Part shown: positions 30,195-42,289 of the stretch, piece by piece
Numbering within the stretch: position 1 is the stretch's first letter
Layout of the letters: the number at the start of each line of letters is the position of its first letter
Virus record (IMG/VR): IMGVR_UViG_3300050821_013430
Span: 62,001 to 126,000 of that record
Direction: 5' to 3' (one strand)
Length of the DNA stretch: 64,000 nucleotides
Notes under the pieces: generated by a model
What the model was told of the DNA's origin: nothing
Database searches by the model: none
The model's input: the letters and a program-made list of their open reading frames with translations, nothing else
Made by a program: the position numbers and the translations under genes

Positions 30195-33100
30195 TCATCC
30201 TATTTGCATTATATTAATTGTCGAGCCTGTCGGACTTATACTTGGAGCAAATGATGATGGCACTACGGCCGGTCCATTATTAACCCAAGATAACCAAGTT
30301 GATATATTAACTCCTGATCCAATAGCTGCTATATATGAATTATCTACTTGTCCATAACCGCTACCACCAATACTAATCGCCGCAGATTGAGATATGGGGG
30401 TTCCAGAGCCTAATAAACCGGTAGCTCCTAAATATTGCATCATCATAATACCGTGCGTTCCAGATGGAACACCAGTATAATTTATACTGGTGTTAATTCT
30501 ATAGTAGCTATAGGTATTAGCAATGTCAGCATTATTGAAAGTTACATAAGAACACCCAGTAGTAACGGTGGTGGCGCCTATATTACCAATACTGATTTGC
30601 TGTCCGCCCCATTGCACTAATCTAAATGGGCCGCTCATTGCACCAGCAACGCTCCAATTGCCCGATGGCACCTGCATACCGGCCGTAGCTTGCCCTTGAT
30701 AAAAGTTACCCATCGGTGTAATGGTGATCTCATTAGGATTAGGTCCGGTGGCCGCTACCAATCCACCTATCAAATTGATATTGTTCGCGATGGCAACCGT
30801 AGCTCCTTGATTGAACCACCACATACCAGTGCCATTGACGCCAGCGGTGCCTGGGGGTCCTGTAACTCCAGTAGCTCCAGCAACACCGCCCGGGGAAACA
30901 AATGCGGTGGCCACAGCGCTTCCTACTGGAATATTACCCACATAACCCAAGTTCTGTAAGCCAACGGTAGGTACACCTGCCGTAGCTACCTGATAATAGC
31001 CTCCACTTGGTATGAAAATAACCTGACCGGCTTGTATCCAATAACCGGAAGGAATTTGTACAGAGATCGCATTAGCAACGCCAGTGGCGGGCTGAGTAAA
31101 GCCATAGTTAGTAGAATAAGCATTAATGCCACCAGCGCCAGTCGACCCATATGTACCTTGTGGGCCGGTTGAACCTTGAGGCCCAAGTGGGCCTGTGGCT
31201 CCCGTTGCTCCTGCAATGCCCCCTGGCGAAATATTACCTGTTGCTACGGCACTACCTACCGGAATGTTTCCTAGATAGCCGAGATTTTGCAGCCCAACCG
31301 TTGGCACACCAGCCGTAGCTACTTGATAGTAACCTCCGCTGGGAATGAAGACGACTTGTCCAACCTGTATCCAGTTACCAGAAGGGATCTGAACTGAAAT
31401 AGTATTGGCCGCACCAGTTGCTGGTTGGGTAAACCCATAATGAGTGGAGTAAGCGTTGATACCGGGAGCGCCAGTAACACCAGTAGCGCCTGCGCCTGGG
31501 CCCGCTCCGCCCGAGGGAACGAAGTTGAGGCCATAAGAGGCATAATAGTTGGTACCATTGAAGTATAGAGAGATGATGTCAACGGCTCCAGTACCAGTTG
31601 ATAAAGTGGGTGGCGTACCACCTACCCATTGAACGTTAGTTGGCCAGGTAACAGTCATAAAACCAGATCCGCCTTGAACTAGACGAAGTAGAAGACTGGA
31701 AACACCAACTGGATTAGTAAAGGTAAAGGTTGGAGAACCATTTAGAGTAATGGTTTGACGACTACCCACGCTCCAGTTGATATTGAATGTGCTACCGCCA
31801 GAATTACCGTTAGAAACCTCCTGCTCGAAATCCAGTGTTTGCAGATTGACAATATCGTGATTCTGAACATTGAGACTATCGCCGATTGCAATATTATTAT
31901 AGCCACTTGGGAAGCCACTATAAACCCCGTAGGATAAGAGATTGATTGAAGTGGCCTGTGGATTGAACGCTGAGAAGATGTTTAGTGGCACTCCAGTTAC
32001 AGCCTGTGGTAGCCTGAAAAGACCGGTAGGAGCAGCAGATCCGACATTGCCACCAAAGTAGAAGAAGACACCGGACGGAACCTGAATGGCTCCAGTCGCA
32101 TCTCCATGCAAGGAGCTAATATACGGAGTGGTAGCGGTAGAACTGGCTCCTTGTAGGTCTCCTGCTGGTAGGTAAATAACACCCGGAGTTGATTGAGAGG
32201 CTAAGGTAACGCCTCCGCCACCGCCACCAGTACCTGGTGGGCCCTGAGGACCGGTAGGTCCTGTAGCACCCGTAACACCAGGGCTGCCTTGCGCTCCCTG
32301 AGGACCTGTTGGACCTGTGACTCCTGTAACACCGGGCGATCCTTGGTTACCTTGAGGACCGGTGGGACCAGTAACTCCTGTAACTCCCGCTACACCTCCT
32401 GGTGAGATAAATCCAGCAGCTACCGCGCTACCTACTGGAATATTGGCGCCTGAATAGCCTAAGTTTTGTAGTGAGAAGGTGGGAACAGAACCGGAGGCGA
32501 CTTGGTAATAACCGCCTGAAGGAATAAAAACGATCTGCCCCGCTTGAATCCAATAGCCGCTTGGAATCTGGATTGCAATATCTGCCCCTATTGCTGGTTG
32601 TGTGAAACCTGCTGTAGTTGAATAAGCATTGATCCCAGGTGCTCCCGTTACACCAGTTACGCCTGGTGATCCTTGATTGCCCTGAGGGCCAGTTGGACCA
32701 GTGGCTCCAGTTACGCCCGGACTTCCTTGGGCACCTTGAGGGCCGGTAGGCCCTGTTGTTCCGGTTATACCAGGAGAACCTTGTGCTCCCTGAGGTCCGG
32801 TCGGACCTGTTACGCCAGTTACACCAGCAATCCCTCCCGGAGAAACAAAGCCCGCAGCCACAGCGCTTCCCACTGGAATATTGACGCCTGAGTATCCTAG
32901 GTTTTGGAATGAGAAGGTAGGGACTGATCCAGAAGCAATAGTGTAGTACCCGCCGGACGGAATGAAAACATACTGACCAATCTGAAGCCACTGACCCGAA
33001 GGAACAGTAAGAGGTATGGCTACACCGACTGCCGGTTGAGTAAAACCGTTGGTGGTGGAATAAGCATTGATTCCTGGAGCGCCCGTTACTCCTGTTGTTC

Positions 33101-36100
33101 CTGCTACTCCCTGTGCTCCTTGAGGTCCGGTAGGACCAGTAACTCCTGTTACACCAGGAGAACCCTGATTACCTTGAGACCCCTGAGGGCCAGTAGGTCC
33201 TGTAGCGCCCGTTACTCCAGGTGATCCTTGATTACCCTGCGGTCCTGTTGGCCCAGTGGAACCAATAGTACCAGTTGCGCCTGTTACTCCGGCAATACCT
33301 CCTGGTGATACAAATGCTGCGGATACCAAACTACCAACTGGAATATTGACTCCTGAATAACCAAGATTCTGCAAACTGAAAGTAGGTACAGAACCAGACG
33401 CTACTTGATAATAACCACCGGATGGAATGAAGACGATCTGATTTGTCTGGATCCAATATCCAGATGGAATCTGAATAGCAATATCAGCTCCTACTGCGGG
33501 TTGAGTAAAGCCTGCCGTAGTAGAATAGGCGTTGATGCCAGGTAATCCGGTTACACCGGTTACTCCAGGAGGACCTTGATTTCCTTGAGGTCCAGTTGGC
33601 CCTGTCGCACCAGTAACTCCAGGAGAACCCTGAATACCCTGATTGCCCTGCGGTCCGGTCGGACCTGTTACGCCAGTTACACCAGGGCTTCCTTGAATGC
33701 CTTGACTACCTTGTGGGCCAGTAGGGCCGGTAGCCCCCGTGACTCCAGGAGAGCCCTGAGCGCCTTGAGGTCCTGTGGGTCCTGTTGTGCCAGTTATGCC
33801 TGGACTACCTTGAGCACCTTGAGGTCCTGTGGGTCCTGTAACACCGGTAACTCCAGCCACTCCGCCAGGAGAAACAAACGAAGCAGATACCAAACTACCA
33901 ACTGGAATATTGGCGCCAGAATAACCAAGGTTCTGCAATGAGAAGGTAGGTACTGCTCCAGATGCAACTTGATAATAGCCTCCGCTTGGGATAAAGACGA
34001 TCTGGTTTGTCTGAATCCAGTAACCACTTGGAATTTGGACAATGATATCTGCACCAATCGCAGGCTGGGTGAATCCGGCGGTGGTTGAATAAGCGTTGAT
34101 CCCTGGCGATCCTGTTACTCCTGTTACACCAGGATTTCCTTGATTGCCTTGCGGCCCTGTGGGTCCCGTTGCGCCTGTTACTCCGGGAGAACCTTGGATG
34201 CCCTGTGAGCCTTGCGGACCGGTGGGTCCTGTGGCTCCAGTTACACCAGGACTACCTTGAATACCCTGTGAGCCCTGGGGCCCCGTTGGTCCGGTTGCTC
34301 CAGTCACTCCAGGAGAACCTTGATTGCCTTGCGGACCTGTCGGTCCAGTAGATCCTATGGTACCGGTTGCTCCTGTTACTCCGGCTATGCCACCAGGTGA
34401 AACAAAAGCAGCAGCAACAGCACTGCCAACAGGAATATTGACTCCAGAGTAACCGAGATTTTGGAATGAGAATGTTGGAACGGAGCCTGAAGCAATCGTA
34501 TAATAGCCCCCACTCGGTATAAAGACATACTGACCAATCTGCATCCATTGCCCACTTGGAACGGTAAGTGGAATAGCAGCTCCCACTGCTGGTTGCGTAA
34601 ATCCATTGGTTGTCGAATATGCATTGATTCCAGGCGCTCCAGTTACACCAGTAACTCCTGGCGAACCCTGATTACCTTGTGGACCAGTAGGGCCTGTGGT
34701 TCCAGTAACACCTGGTGATCCTTGCGCTCCTTGGGGTCCAGTAGGGCCTGTAACTCCTGTAATACCAGGACTACCTTGGGCCCCTTGAGGGCCTGTTGGT
34801 CCTGTATTACCCTGCGGTCCAGTTACTCCTGTAACACCGGCAACTCCACCCGGAGAAATAAAGCTTGCTGCGACGGTACTTCCTACCGGAATGTTGACGC
34901 CAGAGTAACCAAGATTTTGTAGCGAGAATGTTGGAACTGCTCCTGATGCTACAACATAATAACCTGCGGATGGTATAAAAACATATTGGCCAGCTTGGAT
35001 CCAATAGCCACTTGGGATCTGAATAGCGATATCTGAACCCACTGCGGGTTGTGTAAATCCTGCGGTAGTAGAATAAGCGTTGATACCTGGAGCGCCTGTG
35101 ACACCTGTTGCACCAGGTGATCCCTGATTGCCTTGTGGTCCTGTAGGGCCTGTAGTTCCAGTTACACCGGGGCTTCCCTGAGGACCTTGCGGCCCAGTTG
35201 GTCCGGTTTGACCTTGAATACCTTGTACTCCAGTAGCCCCTGTAACACCAGCGATACCACCAGGTGAAACGAAAGCAGCAGATACTGCGCTACCAACAGG
35301 AATGTTGGTTCCCGAATAGCCCAAGTTCTGCAAACTAAAAGTAGGCACAGATCCGGAAGCAACAACATAGTATCCACCGCTCGGAATAAAGACATACTGT
35401 CCGATATTGATCCAGTATCCGCTAGGTATCTGGATCGGTATCGCATTACCTACTGCTGGTTGCGTAAAGCCCTGAGTAGTAGAGTAAGCATTGATGCCGG
35501 GAGCACCAGTAATACCGGTTACGCCTGGGCTTCCCTGATTTCCCTGTGGACCAGTAGGACCTGTTGCTCCAGTGACACCAGGAGAACCCTGAATACCTTG
35601 ACTACCCTGCGGCCCCGTTGGTCCGGTAGCTCCCGTTACTCCGGGCGAACCTTGAATACCCTGAGATCCCTGCGGACCAGTCGGTCCGGTTGCCCCAGTA
35701 ACTCCGGGAGAACCTTGAATGCCCTGTGATCCTTGTGGGCCCGTTACGCCAGGTGAGCCTTGATTACCTTGCGGGCCTGTAGGCCCTGTTGTACCTGTGA
35801 CTCCTGCTACTCCTCCCGGAGAAACAAAACCTGCTGCTACTGCACTACCTACCGGGATATTGACACCAGAGTAGCCCAGATTTTGGATCGAGAATGTAGG
35901 CACTGAGCCCGATGCTATCGTATAGTATCCTCCACTAGGGATAAACACATACTGGCCGATCTGCATCCATTGACCAGATGGAACCTGAATAGGAATAGCG
36001 TTACCAATGGCAGGCTGAGTAAAGCCTTCAGTGGTTGAGTAGGCGTTGATCCCAGGTGCTCCCGTTACTCCTGGACTACCTTGATTTCCTTGCGGGCCAG

Positions 36101-37244
36101 TAGGTCCGGTGGCCCCAGTTACACCGGGAGAACCCTGAGGACCTTGAGGCCCTGTCGGACCAGTAACTCCAGGTGAGCCCTGCGGACCAGCTGAAGGTGA
36201 GCCAGGCCCAATAGGTCCGGTAACGCCTGGCGAGCCTTGAGGGCCTTGAGGGCCAGTTGCCCCCGTTACACCAGGAGAGCCCTGAATGCCCTGAGAGCCG
36301 GTTTGACCTTGAGGCCCTGTTGCTCCGGTTGCTCCTGCTACTCCGCCAGGCGATACGAATGCTGGCGCTATTGCACTTCCAACAGGAATATTGACACCAG
36401 AATACCCAAGGTTTTGCAAACTGAAAGTGGGAACCGCTCCCGATGCTACAACATAGTATCCACCACTTGGAATGAAAACATACTGCCCTATCTGGATCCA
36501 ATATCCACTGGGGATTTGGATTGGTATGTCAGCTCCCACTGCTGGTTGAGTAAATCCTTCGGTAGTAGAATAGGCATTGATTCCACCAACACCGGTAGCT
36601 CCCGTGACTCCTGGTGATCCTTGGTTGCCTTGAGGGCCTGTTGGTCCAGTTGCGCCGGTAACGCCTTGTGGACCTTGAGGCCCTGTCGGGCCGGTTGCAC
36701 CAGGATTACCTTGCGGGCCTGTGGGCCCTGTTGCGCCGGTAACTCCTGGACTGCCCTGATTGCCTTGCGGACCAGTAGGTCCTGTTACTCCTGTAACGCC
36801 AGGAGAGCCTTGCGACCCTTGCGAGCCAGCGGGGCCTGTTGGTCCGGTTGCACCGGTTACTCCAGGCGATCCTTGAATGCCTTGAGAACCGGTTTGTCCT
36901 TGCGGTCCTGTTGGACCTGTGGCTCCGGTAACGCCCTGAATACCTTGCTGACCTTGAGGACCGGTGGGTCCTGTTACACCAGGCGAGCCCTGATTTCCTT
37001 GCGGACCTGTCGGTCCGGTTGCGCCTGTAACTCCGTCCGCGCCCGTTGCTCCCTGAGGTCCGGTGGGACCGGTCGCTCCGGTGACACCAGGAGAGCCTTG
37101 GTTGCCCTGAGGTCCTGTAGGACCGGTGGCTCCGGTTACACCGGGACTGCCTTGAATGCCTTGCGGTCCAATAGAACCAGTAGAACCAATCGGACCGGTA
37201 GGTCCGGTAGCTCCAGGTGCTCCTCTTGCGTACCCTTGGCTCAA
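30195..37244 (-). CDS. Giant collagen-like fibre protein with 11 globular repeats
   Basis: [12 protein letters not shown] triplet tracts alternating with GINAYST..FTQPA..SPGG repeats. TTG start after GAAAGG. Confidence 0.9.
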   Translation of the reverse strand: MSQGYARGAPGATGPTGPIGSTGSIGPQGIQGSPGVTGATGPTGPQGNQGSPGVTGATGPTGPQGATGADGVTGATGPTGPQGNQGSPGVTGPTGPQGQQGIQGVTGATGPTGPQGQTGSQGIQGSPGVTGATGPTGPAGSQGSQGSPGVTGVTGPTGPQGNQGSPGVTGATGPTGPQGNPGATGPTGPQGPQGVTGATGPTGPQGNQGSPGVTGATGVGGINAYSTTEGFTQPAVGADIPIQIPSGYWIQIGQYVFIPSGGYYVVASGAVPTFSLQNLGYSGVNIPVGSAIAPAFVSPGGVAGATGATGPQGQTGSQGIQGSPGVTGATGPQGPQGSPGVTGPIGPGSPSAGPQGSPGVTGPTGPQGPQGSPGVTGATGPTGPQGNQGSPGVTGAPGINAYSTTEGFTQPAIGNAIPIQVPSGQWMQIGQYVFIPSGGYYTIASGSVPTFSIQNLGYSGVNIPVGSAVAAGFVSPGGVAGVTGTTGPTGPQGNQGSPGVTGPQGSQGIQGSPGVTGATGPTGPQGSQGIQGSPGVTGATGPTGPQGSQGIQGSPGVTGATGPTGPQGNQGSPGVTGITGAPGINAYSTTQGFTQPAVGNAIPIQIPSGYWINIGQYVFIPSGGYYVVASGSVPTFSLQNLGYSGTNIPVGSAVSAAFVSPGGIAGVTGATGVQGIQGQTGPTGPQGPQGSPGVTGTTGPTGPQGNQGSPGATGVTGAPGINAYSTTAGFTQPAVGSDIAIQIPSGYWIQAGQYVFIPSAGYYVVASGAVPTFSLQNLGYSGVNIPVGSTVAASFISPGGVAGVTGVTGPQGNTGPTGPQGAQGSPGITGVTGPTGPQGAQGSPGVTGTTGPTGPQGNQGSPGVTGVTGAPGINAYSTTNGFTQPAVGAAIPLTVPSGQWMQIGQYVFIPSGGYYTIASGSVPTFSFQNLGYSGVNIPVGSAVAAAFVSPGGIAGVTGATGTIGSTGPTGPQGNQGSPGVTGATGPTGPQGSQGIQGSPGVTGATGPTGPQGSQGIQGSPGVTGATGPTGPQGNQGNPGVTGVTGSPGINAYSTTAGFTQPAIGADIIVQIPSGYWIQTNQIVFIPSGGYYQVASGAVPTFSLQNLGYSGANIPVGSLVSASFVSPGGVAGVTGVTGPTGPQGAQGSPGITGTTGPTGPQGAQGSPGVTGATGPTGPQGSQGIQGSPGVTGVTGPTGPQGNQGIQGSPGVTGATGPTGPQGNQGPPGVTGVTGLPGINAYSTTAGFTQPAVGADIAIQIPSGYWIQTNQIVFIPSGGYYQVASGSVPTFSLQNLGYSGVNIPVGSLVSAAFVSPGGIAGVTGATGTIGSTGPTGPQGNQGSPGVTGATGPTGPQGSQGNQGSPGVTGVTGPTGPQGAQGVAGTTGVTGAPGINAYSTTNGFTQPAVGVAIPLTVPSGQWLQIGQYVFIPSGGYYTIASGSVPTFSFQNLGYSGVNIPVGSAVAAGFVSPGGIAGVTGVTGPTGPQGAQGSPGITGTTGPTGPQGAQGSPGVTGATGPTGPQGNQGSPGVTGVTGAPGINAYSTTAGFTQPAIGADIAIQIPSGYWIQAGQIVFIPSGGYYQVASGSVPTFSLQNLGYSGANIPVGSAVAAGFISPGGVAGVTGVTGPTGPQGNQGSPGVTGVTGPTGPQGAQGSPGVTGATGPTGPQGPPGTGGGGGGVTLASQSTPGVIYLPAGDLQGASSTATTPYISSLHGDATGAIQVPSGVFFYFGGNVGSAAPTGLFRLPQAVTGVPLNIFSAFNPQATSINLLSYGVYSGFPSGYNNIAIGDSLNVQNHDIVNLQTLDFEQEVSNGNSGGSTFNINWSVGSRQTITLNGSPTFTFTNPVGVSSLLLRLVQGGSGFMTVTWPTNVQWVGGTPPTLSTGTGAVDIISLYFNGTNYYASYGLNFVPSGGAGPGAGATGVTGAPGINAYSTHYGFTQPATGAANTISVQIPSGNWIQVGQVVFIPSGGYYQVATAGVPTVGLQNLGYLGNIPVGSAVATGNISPGGIAGATGATGPLGPQGSTGPQGTYGSTGAGGINAYSTNYGFTQPATGVANAISVQIPSGYWIQAGQVIFIPSGGYYQVATAGVPTVGLQNLGYVGNIPVGSAVATAFVSPGGVAGATGVTGPPGTAGVNGTGMWWFNQGATVAIANNINLIGGLVAATGPNPNEITITPMGNFYQGQATAGMQVPSGNWSVAGAMSGPFRLVQWGGQQISIGNIGATTVTTGCSYVTFNNADIANTYSYYRINTSINYTGVPSGTHGIMMMQYLGATGLLGSGTPISQSAAISIGGSGYGQVDNSYIAAIGSGVNISTWLSWVNNGPAVVPSSFAPSISPTGSTINIMQIG
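30880..36600 (-). repeat. 11 copies of a roughly 85-aa coding repeat within the giant collagen
   Basis: GINAYSTxxGFTQPA...IPSGxW...FIPSGGYY...QNLGY...SPGG counted 11 times in the translation. Confidence 0.9.
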
Positions 37245-37303
37245 GATTTTGCCTTTCTATTCTTGGCCGATTCAGACATTTTCTTTCTTGATTCTAGGGT
37301 CAT
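37241..37303 (-). pseudogene. 20-aa mini-ORF, NUMOD3-like homing endonuclease remnant
   Basis: [20 protein letters not shown], overlapping the upstream stop (ATGA) and the collagen TTG (TTGA). Confidence 0.45.
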
Positions 37304-37635
37304 GACACTTCAACTCCAAAGATATTGAAAGTCAATAATCCGCTTGCGGATTGAACTCTGACTTCATCTCCTTCGGCTAATGAAATACCGATAGTAGCAA
37401 TGAAAGTATCGTTACCATCCATCGAAAGATCATAATACAGATATTGCTTCAATGTATCGACAGCTCCACCGATAGCGATCGAAACCCGAAAAACAGTGAA
37501 ACCAGGATCAGTATTACAGATAACAACAGAGGATATGGTGGTGCCAATATCTACCGTGTTTGGCACCGTATAGATAGTAGTCAGCGTATTAGCGGCGGGT
37601 TGTGCTTGGGCAAGCACCTTGAGGGAATCGCTCAT
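37300..37635 (-). CDS. Small virion adaptor-type protein
   Basis: KVLAQAQPAANTLTTIYTVP..VICN..FNIFGVE. Confidence 0.6.
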   Translation of the reverse strand: MSDSLKVLAQAQPAANTLTTIYTVPNTVDIGTTISSVVICNTDPGFTVFRVSIAIGGAVDTLKQYLYYDLSMDGNDTFIATIGISLAEGDEVRVQSASGLLTFNIFGVEVS

Positions 37636-37710
37636 ATCATACGGTATGCGATCTTATTGAGATCAGAGAATATCGATTGAAATCGATGTGAAATCAATAG
37701 TTAGAGCTTG

Positions 37711-37932
37711 TTACGCTCCCATCACAAGATACCATCGTAACCAAGAATTAGTACCTGTGCCTGCTGCTCCCGCTGGGCCTTGCGGGCCCGTAGGGCCGAT
37801 GGCTCCCGTCACACCAGGACTTCCTTGCGGTCCTGCGGGCCCTGTAGCCCCCGTGACGCCAGGACTGCCTTGAGGCCCCTGCGGACCCATCGGGCCCGTA
37901 GGACCGGTTATAGGAGGATTAAAAAGAGGCAT
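37711..37932 (-). CDS. Mini-collagen with hydrophobic C-terminal peptide
   Basis: Gly-X-Y tract followed by [11 protein letters not shown]. Confidence 0.75.
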   Translation of the reverse strand: MPLFNPPITGPTGPMGPQGPQGSPGVTGATGPAGPQGSPGVTGAIGPTGPQGPAGAAGTGTNSWLRWYLVMGA

Positions 37933-37933
37933 A

Positions 37934-38572
37934 TTAGCTCAACTCCGTAACCCGGGCATTTCCAATAGTACCATCCCAAATTCCGTCTATTTCGCCAGTA
38001 TAATCGTAGGGAACCTCAAAATAAGCATTGGGGATCAATTTCACGGAATAACTAGAAGTGCTTGCATTTGTACCGAGTTTGAGATACAAGGTGTTTGTTG
38101 TGGAATCATTGTATATAGTGGCCCCAAGTCTAAATGAATTTGAGCTCAATAGCGTCACGCTGGATGTTGCAGCGGCGACACTTGTTATATTGTTGGTTGA
38201 TACTCGGCCGGGCGCTGCAGTTGTGGTACCGCCAGAGTATCTTTCCATTACCGATACATTGACACCGGTAAAAGTTGGCACCCCACTTCCACCTATTACC
38301 CAAGATACTAAAACAGTATCGCTCACGCAGTTATTAAGTTGTAGTATCGTTGTAAATGCAGAAGATATTACTGAGGTAGAAACAGATGGACTTAGTGGTG
38401 TTATTTGATCTATTGGATCGACTTCTTGCATCGTGAAAACTATGGTTGGACTGGTACCTGTTGGTGCGGCAGTAATGTTGATGATAGCAATGATTTCGGA
38501 CGACCCAAATTTAGATACCGGGGCTGAACCATTCGATGTAATCGTATTGTTATTGAAAAGAAAGAATACCAT
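37934..38572 (-). CDS. Virion structural protein
   Basis: [25 protein letters not shown] beta domain. Confidence 0.55.
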   Translation of the reverse strand: MVFFLFNNNTITSNGSAPVSKFGSSEIIAIINITAAPTGTSPTIVFTMQEVDPIDQITPLSPSVSTSVISSAFTTILQLNNCVSDTVLVSWVIGGSGVPTFTGVNVSVMERYSGGTTTAAPGRVSTNNITSVAAATSSVTLLSSNSFRLGATIYNDSTTNTLYLKLGTNASTSSYSVKLIPNAYFEVPYDYTGEIDGIWDGTIGNARVTELS

Positions 38573-40228
38573 TTAGATCTGCTCCCTCCAAGAAATTCCG
38601 CCATAGAATGTTGATGTCGTTCCAGTTATCCTCTGTACCGCTAGTACAATAATATCTGATACGCCAGCAATACTGCTTCCCAATCTCAAATCTGATGCTA
38701 ATGGTTGTAGAATGGGAGTTGATGTTATGCTGCTTCCGCTTCCACTACCAACGCCATAGCCTGAAAATAGTTGTGTTCCTCCTGATACTGTCGTTGCATT
38801 AGTCGGGGTCGCTACTTGCATTGCACTATTGGTAACATCACTGAATGATAGTGCGGTTCCAATTACTGTTGGATTGAGCAACAAACAATAGCGATAGTTA
38901 TCGCCTGATATATTGAGAATAGAAACTAATAGTGGATCAATTTCTGCTGATTGATAGGTGCTTTTCTGTCTAATGACAATAAGCGGATAAAGATTAGCAT
39001 CATTATTAGTGGTTAGTGCGGTAGCGCCCATATCTGCGGCAAAAACTGGACCTGTTGAAACCCTTCCACCCTCTGAAATAACGGTGGAACAAATATGAAC
39101 TAAATTAGCGGCAGCTCCAGTACCATCATTACTGATCTCATACCGCAACGGCAAATTTGGCATTGACATATAAACTTGTGTCATTGTGTTGGCATTATTG
39201 ACGATATTGCAATGCTGAATTTCTCCGCCAATATCAAAACCAAATCGTATTCTACCTACACCCAACCACTGAAAGTCAATGATGAAAATTTGAGTCTTGC
39301 TAGTATCTAATGTGATGCCTGATACACCTGTGCCATCTAACTTATCAGTATTCCAACTGGACTGTGGAATAACCGTATCTGCTGGGCTTCCACTAGTATC
39401 ACTTCTTATGACAACACTTATGGTGGTCCCGGATAGTTGGAAAAACACTCCGTTGTTGGCATCAAAATATCCAATGCGGCGAGTGACGCCAGGCGTGCCT
39501 ACTCCTAACACGCCGGTCATTGCAACGAAGATCGATTTACCCGGTTGGTAATTGAAGTGTTGGAAAGTTTGTCTAACTCGCATCCCTGCCGTTGCATTTG
39601 CAACCGCTATTGTGGTAGAGGCCTGATTGGTGTTATAGGTAGAAGTGGTGCCGCTGCCAGAAGTTTGTTGATCGTCCCAAAATAACGGTTGCTTATCTAC
39701 CAATTGTTTATTGTCGAATAGAGTTAGTGGTTCCGCCACGCGCAATCGTTGGAATGCATCCAATTGTGCGTCATCGGAAAAAGTGATTCCAATAGAATTA
39801 TCCGCTTGAATATCAACTTGAAGATGGCCATCTAGGTCCGTTGTAAGTGGTACCATATAGCCATCGGTCCAATTTTGATTGATCTCTCCGAATGAATTTT
39901 CAGCTGCAGCTACTGCTGCTATCACTGGAAATTTGGTAGTAACATCGGGAGTATTGTCAGTACCAGTTCCAACTACCGTTGCATTGAGTTGAGAAGCAAC
40001 TGGTTGAACCGCCGTGATAGTGCCAGAAACAGGTTGGATTACAGTGGATCCGTCTATTTTGATAGCTCCTGCGCCGGTAATAACAAGTTGATTACCACTA
40101 GCATCTACAAGAGTGCCCTGAACCTGCAGTCTATAGACATGACCATCAAAGATAACTCCAACTGGGTTACCTAACTCGTCGAATAGAATACTGGCTGGTG
40201 AGTCACTCGACATCAGACCTCCACCCAT
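38573..40228 (-). CDS. Virion structural protein
   Basis: DAFQRLRVAEPLTLFD..YQPGK..IDFQWLGVGRIRFG..PLRYEI, as seen in phage structural proteins. Confidence 0.6.
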   Translation of the reverse strand: MGGGLMSSDSPASILFDELGNPVGVIFDGHVYRLQVQGTLVDASGNQLVITGAGAIKIDGSTVIQPVSGTITAVQPVASQLNATVVGTGTDNTPDVTTKFPVIAAVAAAENSFGEINQNWTDGYMVPLTTDLDGHLQVDIQADNSIGITFSDDAQLDAFQRLRVAEPLTLFDNKQLVDKQPLFWDDQQTSGSGTTSTYNTNQASTTIAVANATAGMRVRQTFQHFNYQPGKSIFVAMTGVLGVGTPGVTRRIGYFDANNGVFFQLSGTTISVVIRSDTSGSPADTVIPQSSWNTDKLDGTGVSGITLDTSKTQIFIIDFQWLGVGRIRFGFDIGGEIQHCNIVNNANTMTQVYMSMPNLPLRYEISNDGTGAAANLVHICSTVISEGGRVSTGPVFAADMGATALTTNNDANLYPLIVIRQKSTYQSAEIDPLLVSILNISGDNYRYCLLLNPTVIGTALSFSDVTNSAMQVATPTNATTVSGGTQLFSGYGVGSGSGSSITSTPILQPLASDLRLGSSIAGVSDIIVLAVQRITGTTSTFYGGISWREQI

Positions 40229-40240
40229 AATTCATATCTA

Positions 40241-40885
40241 TCATGGACTAATACTCCTTGTGCGTGATGCCTCAAAGACGTTATTCACGTAGGTGAAAGT
40301 ATCCACGACGGTATGCGCGATTACAAATCCAGTGGCATCATACATATTCCAGGTTATTGTAGTTGGAACTTGGTTAGCATTATAGATAATGATTTTCTCT
40401 ACCAGTTTGGTAGTCAATGTATTATCTAAGTACCAAACGATATGAGTGGGAAAGGGACTGCCAGAGGGGCTGGTGACCCGTACTGCATTGGAAGCGAAAC
40501 CTTGCGTGGGGCCATTGTCGATGAAATGTATGAGTTGTAGAAGTTTTTGATGCTCATCTGCCGTGATTCCGCTCCCACCTGGTACATCCAATCCATTGAC
40601 AATCCCGGCTCCTTGTAAAAAAGTCTTCTGCGCCGTATTGAATTGCAATAGATCAATATCACTACAAATAACGGTTATCTCTCCCGCCCGTATCTTATGA
40701 TTGAGTTCCCCTTTCAATAAGGAGGCACGAATGTCATCTTCCGCTACCCCTGGAATTTGTAGAAGATCACGCGTCTCTCCAAAATTGATTGGATACTGAA
40801 ATATCTTGATGGTTTTGTTTTCATTAGCCGTATTCAATACAACGAAACAGCCGTTGATTTTTAGATAAGGAGCGAATATATCCAC
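40241..40885 (-). CDS. Putative virion protein
   Basis: Intact ORF heading the fibre operon. Confidence 0.5.
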   Translation of the reverse strand: MDIFAPYLKINGCFVVLNTANENKTIKIFQYPINFGETRDLLQIPGVAEDDIRASLLKGELNHKIRAGEITVICSDIDLLQFNTAQKTFLQGAGIVNGLDVPGGSGITADEHQKLLQLIHFIDNGPTQGFASNAVRVTSPSGSPFPTHIVWYLDNTLTTKLVEKIIIYNANQVPTTITWNMYDATGFVIAHTVVDTFTYVNNVFEASRTRSISP

Positions 40886-40889
40886 GGGC

Positions 40890-41603
40890 CTAACCCTCTT
40901 TCTTTTGGCTCGGCAACCTATCTCTAATTGTAATTGTTATAGTGCGTTCCACATCGGGCTGATCGGTAGTAGCTTTGACACTGAATAACTTGTCGATCAA
41001 ACTATCATATCCATTGACTGCAATATCGTGTCGAGTAATCACAGTTTCTTTGGTGGCATCCTTATGCAACAAGTCTTCGTCCTTGCTAAGAATAGCTTGT
41101 TTGATTTGTTGCTCTGACATCTGTCCTAATTTTTCTGGCGTCAATCGATATCGGACATGCAATAATTCTTCCAAATAGTCAAAACTGCCAACACCTGGTT
41201 GATTGTCGGTATAATCCGCATCCTTTTGCAAAGAACGCAATCCTTTGTCTATCGAAGATAGCAAAGTGCGAGCATAACTATCTTGCCATTCCGGTTCATT
41301 CTCATAAGTTTTCTTGATGGATTGAAGAACCTTTTGCAATCGGGAAAATTGATCCAATTTATGCTCAATGGCTTCGGAAATAAAGGAATCGGAACGATGG
41401 TAATTTTGCAAGCCCCGACGAGGGATGATTTGATGGCCCTGATCAATGCGACGGGTATCAAAAGCTACTTTGATTAGGCCGGGACTTTCCAAATTGGCAA
41501 AGGCAACTTTTCGCAATTCCAAACCCTCTCGACAGGCAGGGGTAGTGGAAGCGGATAAAAGCTGGTAGTATATTTGGTTGATTTGATCGCGATCCAAGGG
41601 CAT
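40890..41603 (-). CDS. Hypothetical protein
   Basis: Intact ORF with GGGAG SD and late-promoter motif. Confidence 0.6.
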   Translation of the reverse strand: MPLDRDQINQIYYQLLSASTTPACREGLELRKVAFANLESPGLIKVAFDTRRIDQGHQIIPRRGLQNYHRSDSFISEAIEHKLDQFSRLQKVLQSIKKTYENEPEWQDSYARTLLSSIDKGLRSLQKDADYTDNQPGVGSFDYLEELLHVRYRLTPEKLGQMSEQQIKQAILSKDEDLLHKDATKETVITRHDIAVNGYDSLIDKLFSVKATTDQPDVERTITITIRDRLPSQKKEG

Positions 41604-41635
41604 TCTCCCAAGGAATGCGAAATTATGCTGAGGGA

Positions 41636-42229
41636 TTACGCAGCGGTAATTACTTGCTTTTTCTTTTGCTGATGGAAGTAAATTCGCTCACAATGGGCGA
41701 GAAATTCATCTACCGATCTATCGTGGCGCGTGTAATTACAAGGCCAACAACAAGGCACTACATTGTCGATAGTATGAGTACCACTACAATTGAGTCTGTC
41801 TAACCCATTATACACAAAATCAGCATTATCCTTAGAAGATTGAGATGATCTCTTATCGTTTTTGGCCCAATTGCAAAGATTGGACGGTTTTGCGCCGCAG
41901 TAATGACAATCCATTTGAGATAGGCGAAAGAAATCATCAAACGATAGTTCTTGATTGTATCGATACTTCCATATTACACGAGCACTAGCTTCTTTGGGGG
42001 TGTATTTGGTATTCACGGCAGTCATTTGGGGACAGCGTTCGATACGCTTCTCCATATTTAGGCAGCCACAAGACTTGATACGACCACCAGTTAGTTTAGA
42101 AGCTGGTATTGTTTTTACGATTCCACAATCGCATCGACAAACCCACTGTGTCCGACCTTTTTCGGGGGTGGCCGAAGCAATAACCAACATTCTCGTGAAT
42201 TTCTGTCCCACTAAGTCTAACTTTCTCAT
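41636..42229 (-). CDS. HNH homing endonuclease
   Basis: WVCRCDCG..SCGC, CHYCG, NGLDRL..NVVPCCWPCN. Start at MRKLDL with GGAGA SD. Confidence 0.8.
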   Translation of the reverse strand: MRKLDLVGQKFTRMLVIASATPEKGRTQWVCRCDCGIVKTIPASKLTGGRIKSCGCLNMEKRIERCPQMTAVNTKYTPKEASARVIWKYRYNQELSFDDFFRLSQMDCHYCGAKPSNLCNWAKNDKRSSQSSKDNADFVYNGLDRLNCSGTHTIDNVVPCCWPCNYTRHDRSVDEFLAHCERIYFHQQKKKQVITAA

Positions 42230-42260
42230 TTGATCTCCATATGTTTGAGTATGAGAGTAT

Positions 42261-42289
42261 AACATACTCACGGAGCCTGGGGGTGTCAA
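42261..42289 (-). promoter_or_regulatory. Sigma70-like promoter for the HNH gene
   Basis: TTGACA-17nt-TATGTT. Confidence 0.5.

Noticed and set aside
30195-37244. Repeats as a CRISPR array or DGR template/variable pair
   Set aside because: The repeats are in-frame and vary at synonymous sites. There is no spacer structure, cas gene or reverse transcriptase.
37672-37687. ATCGATT/AATCGAT inverted repeat
   Set aside because: It is short and AT-rich with no U-tract or second copy, so it cannot be assigned a function.
28356-37873. Many + strand and alternate-frame ORFs over the collagen genes
   Set aside because: These are by-products of repetitive Gly-X-Y codons with no independent signals.
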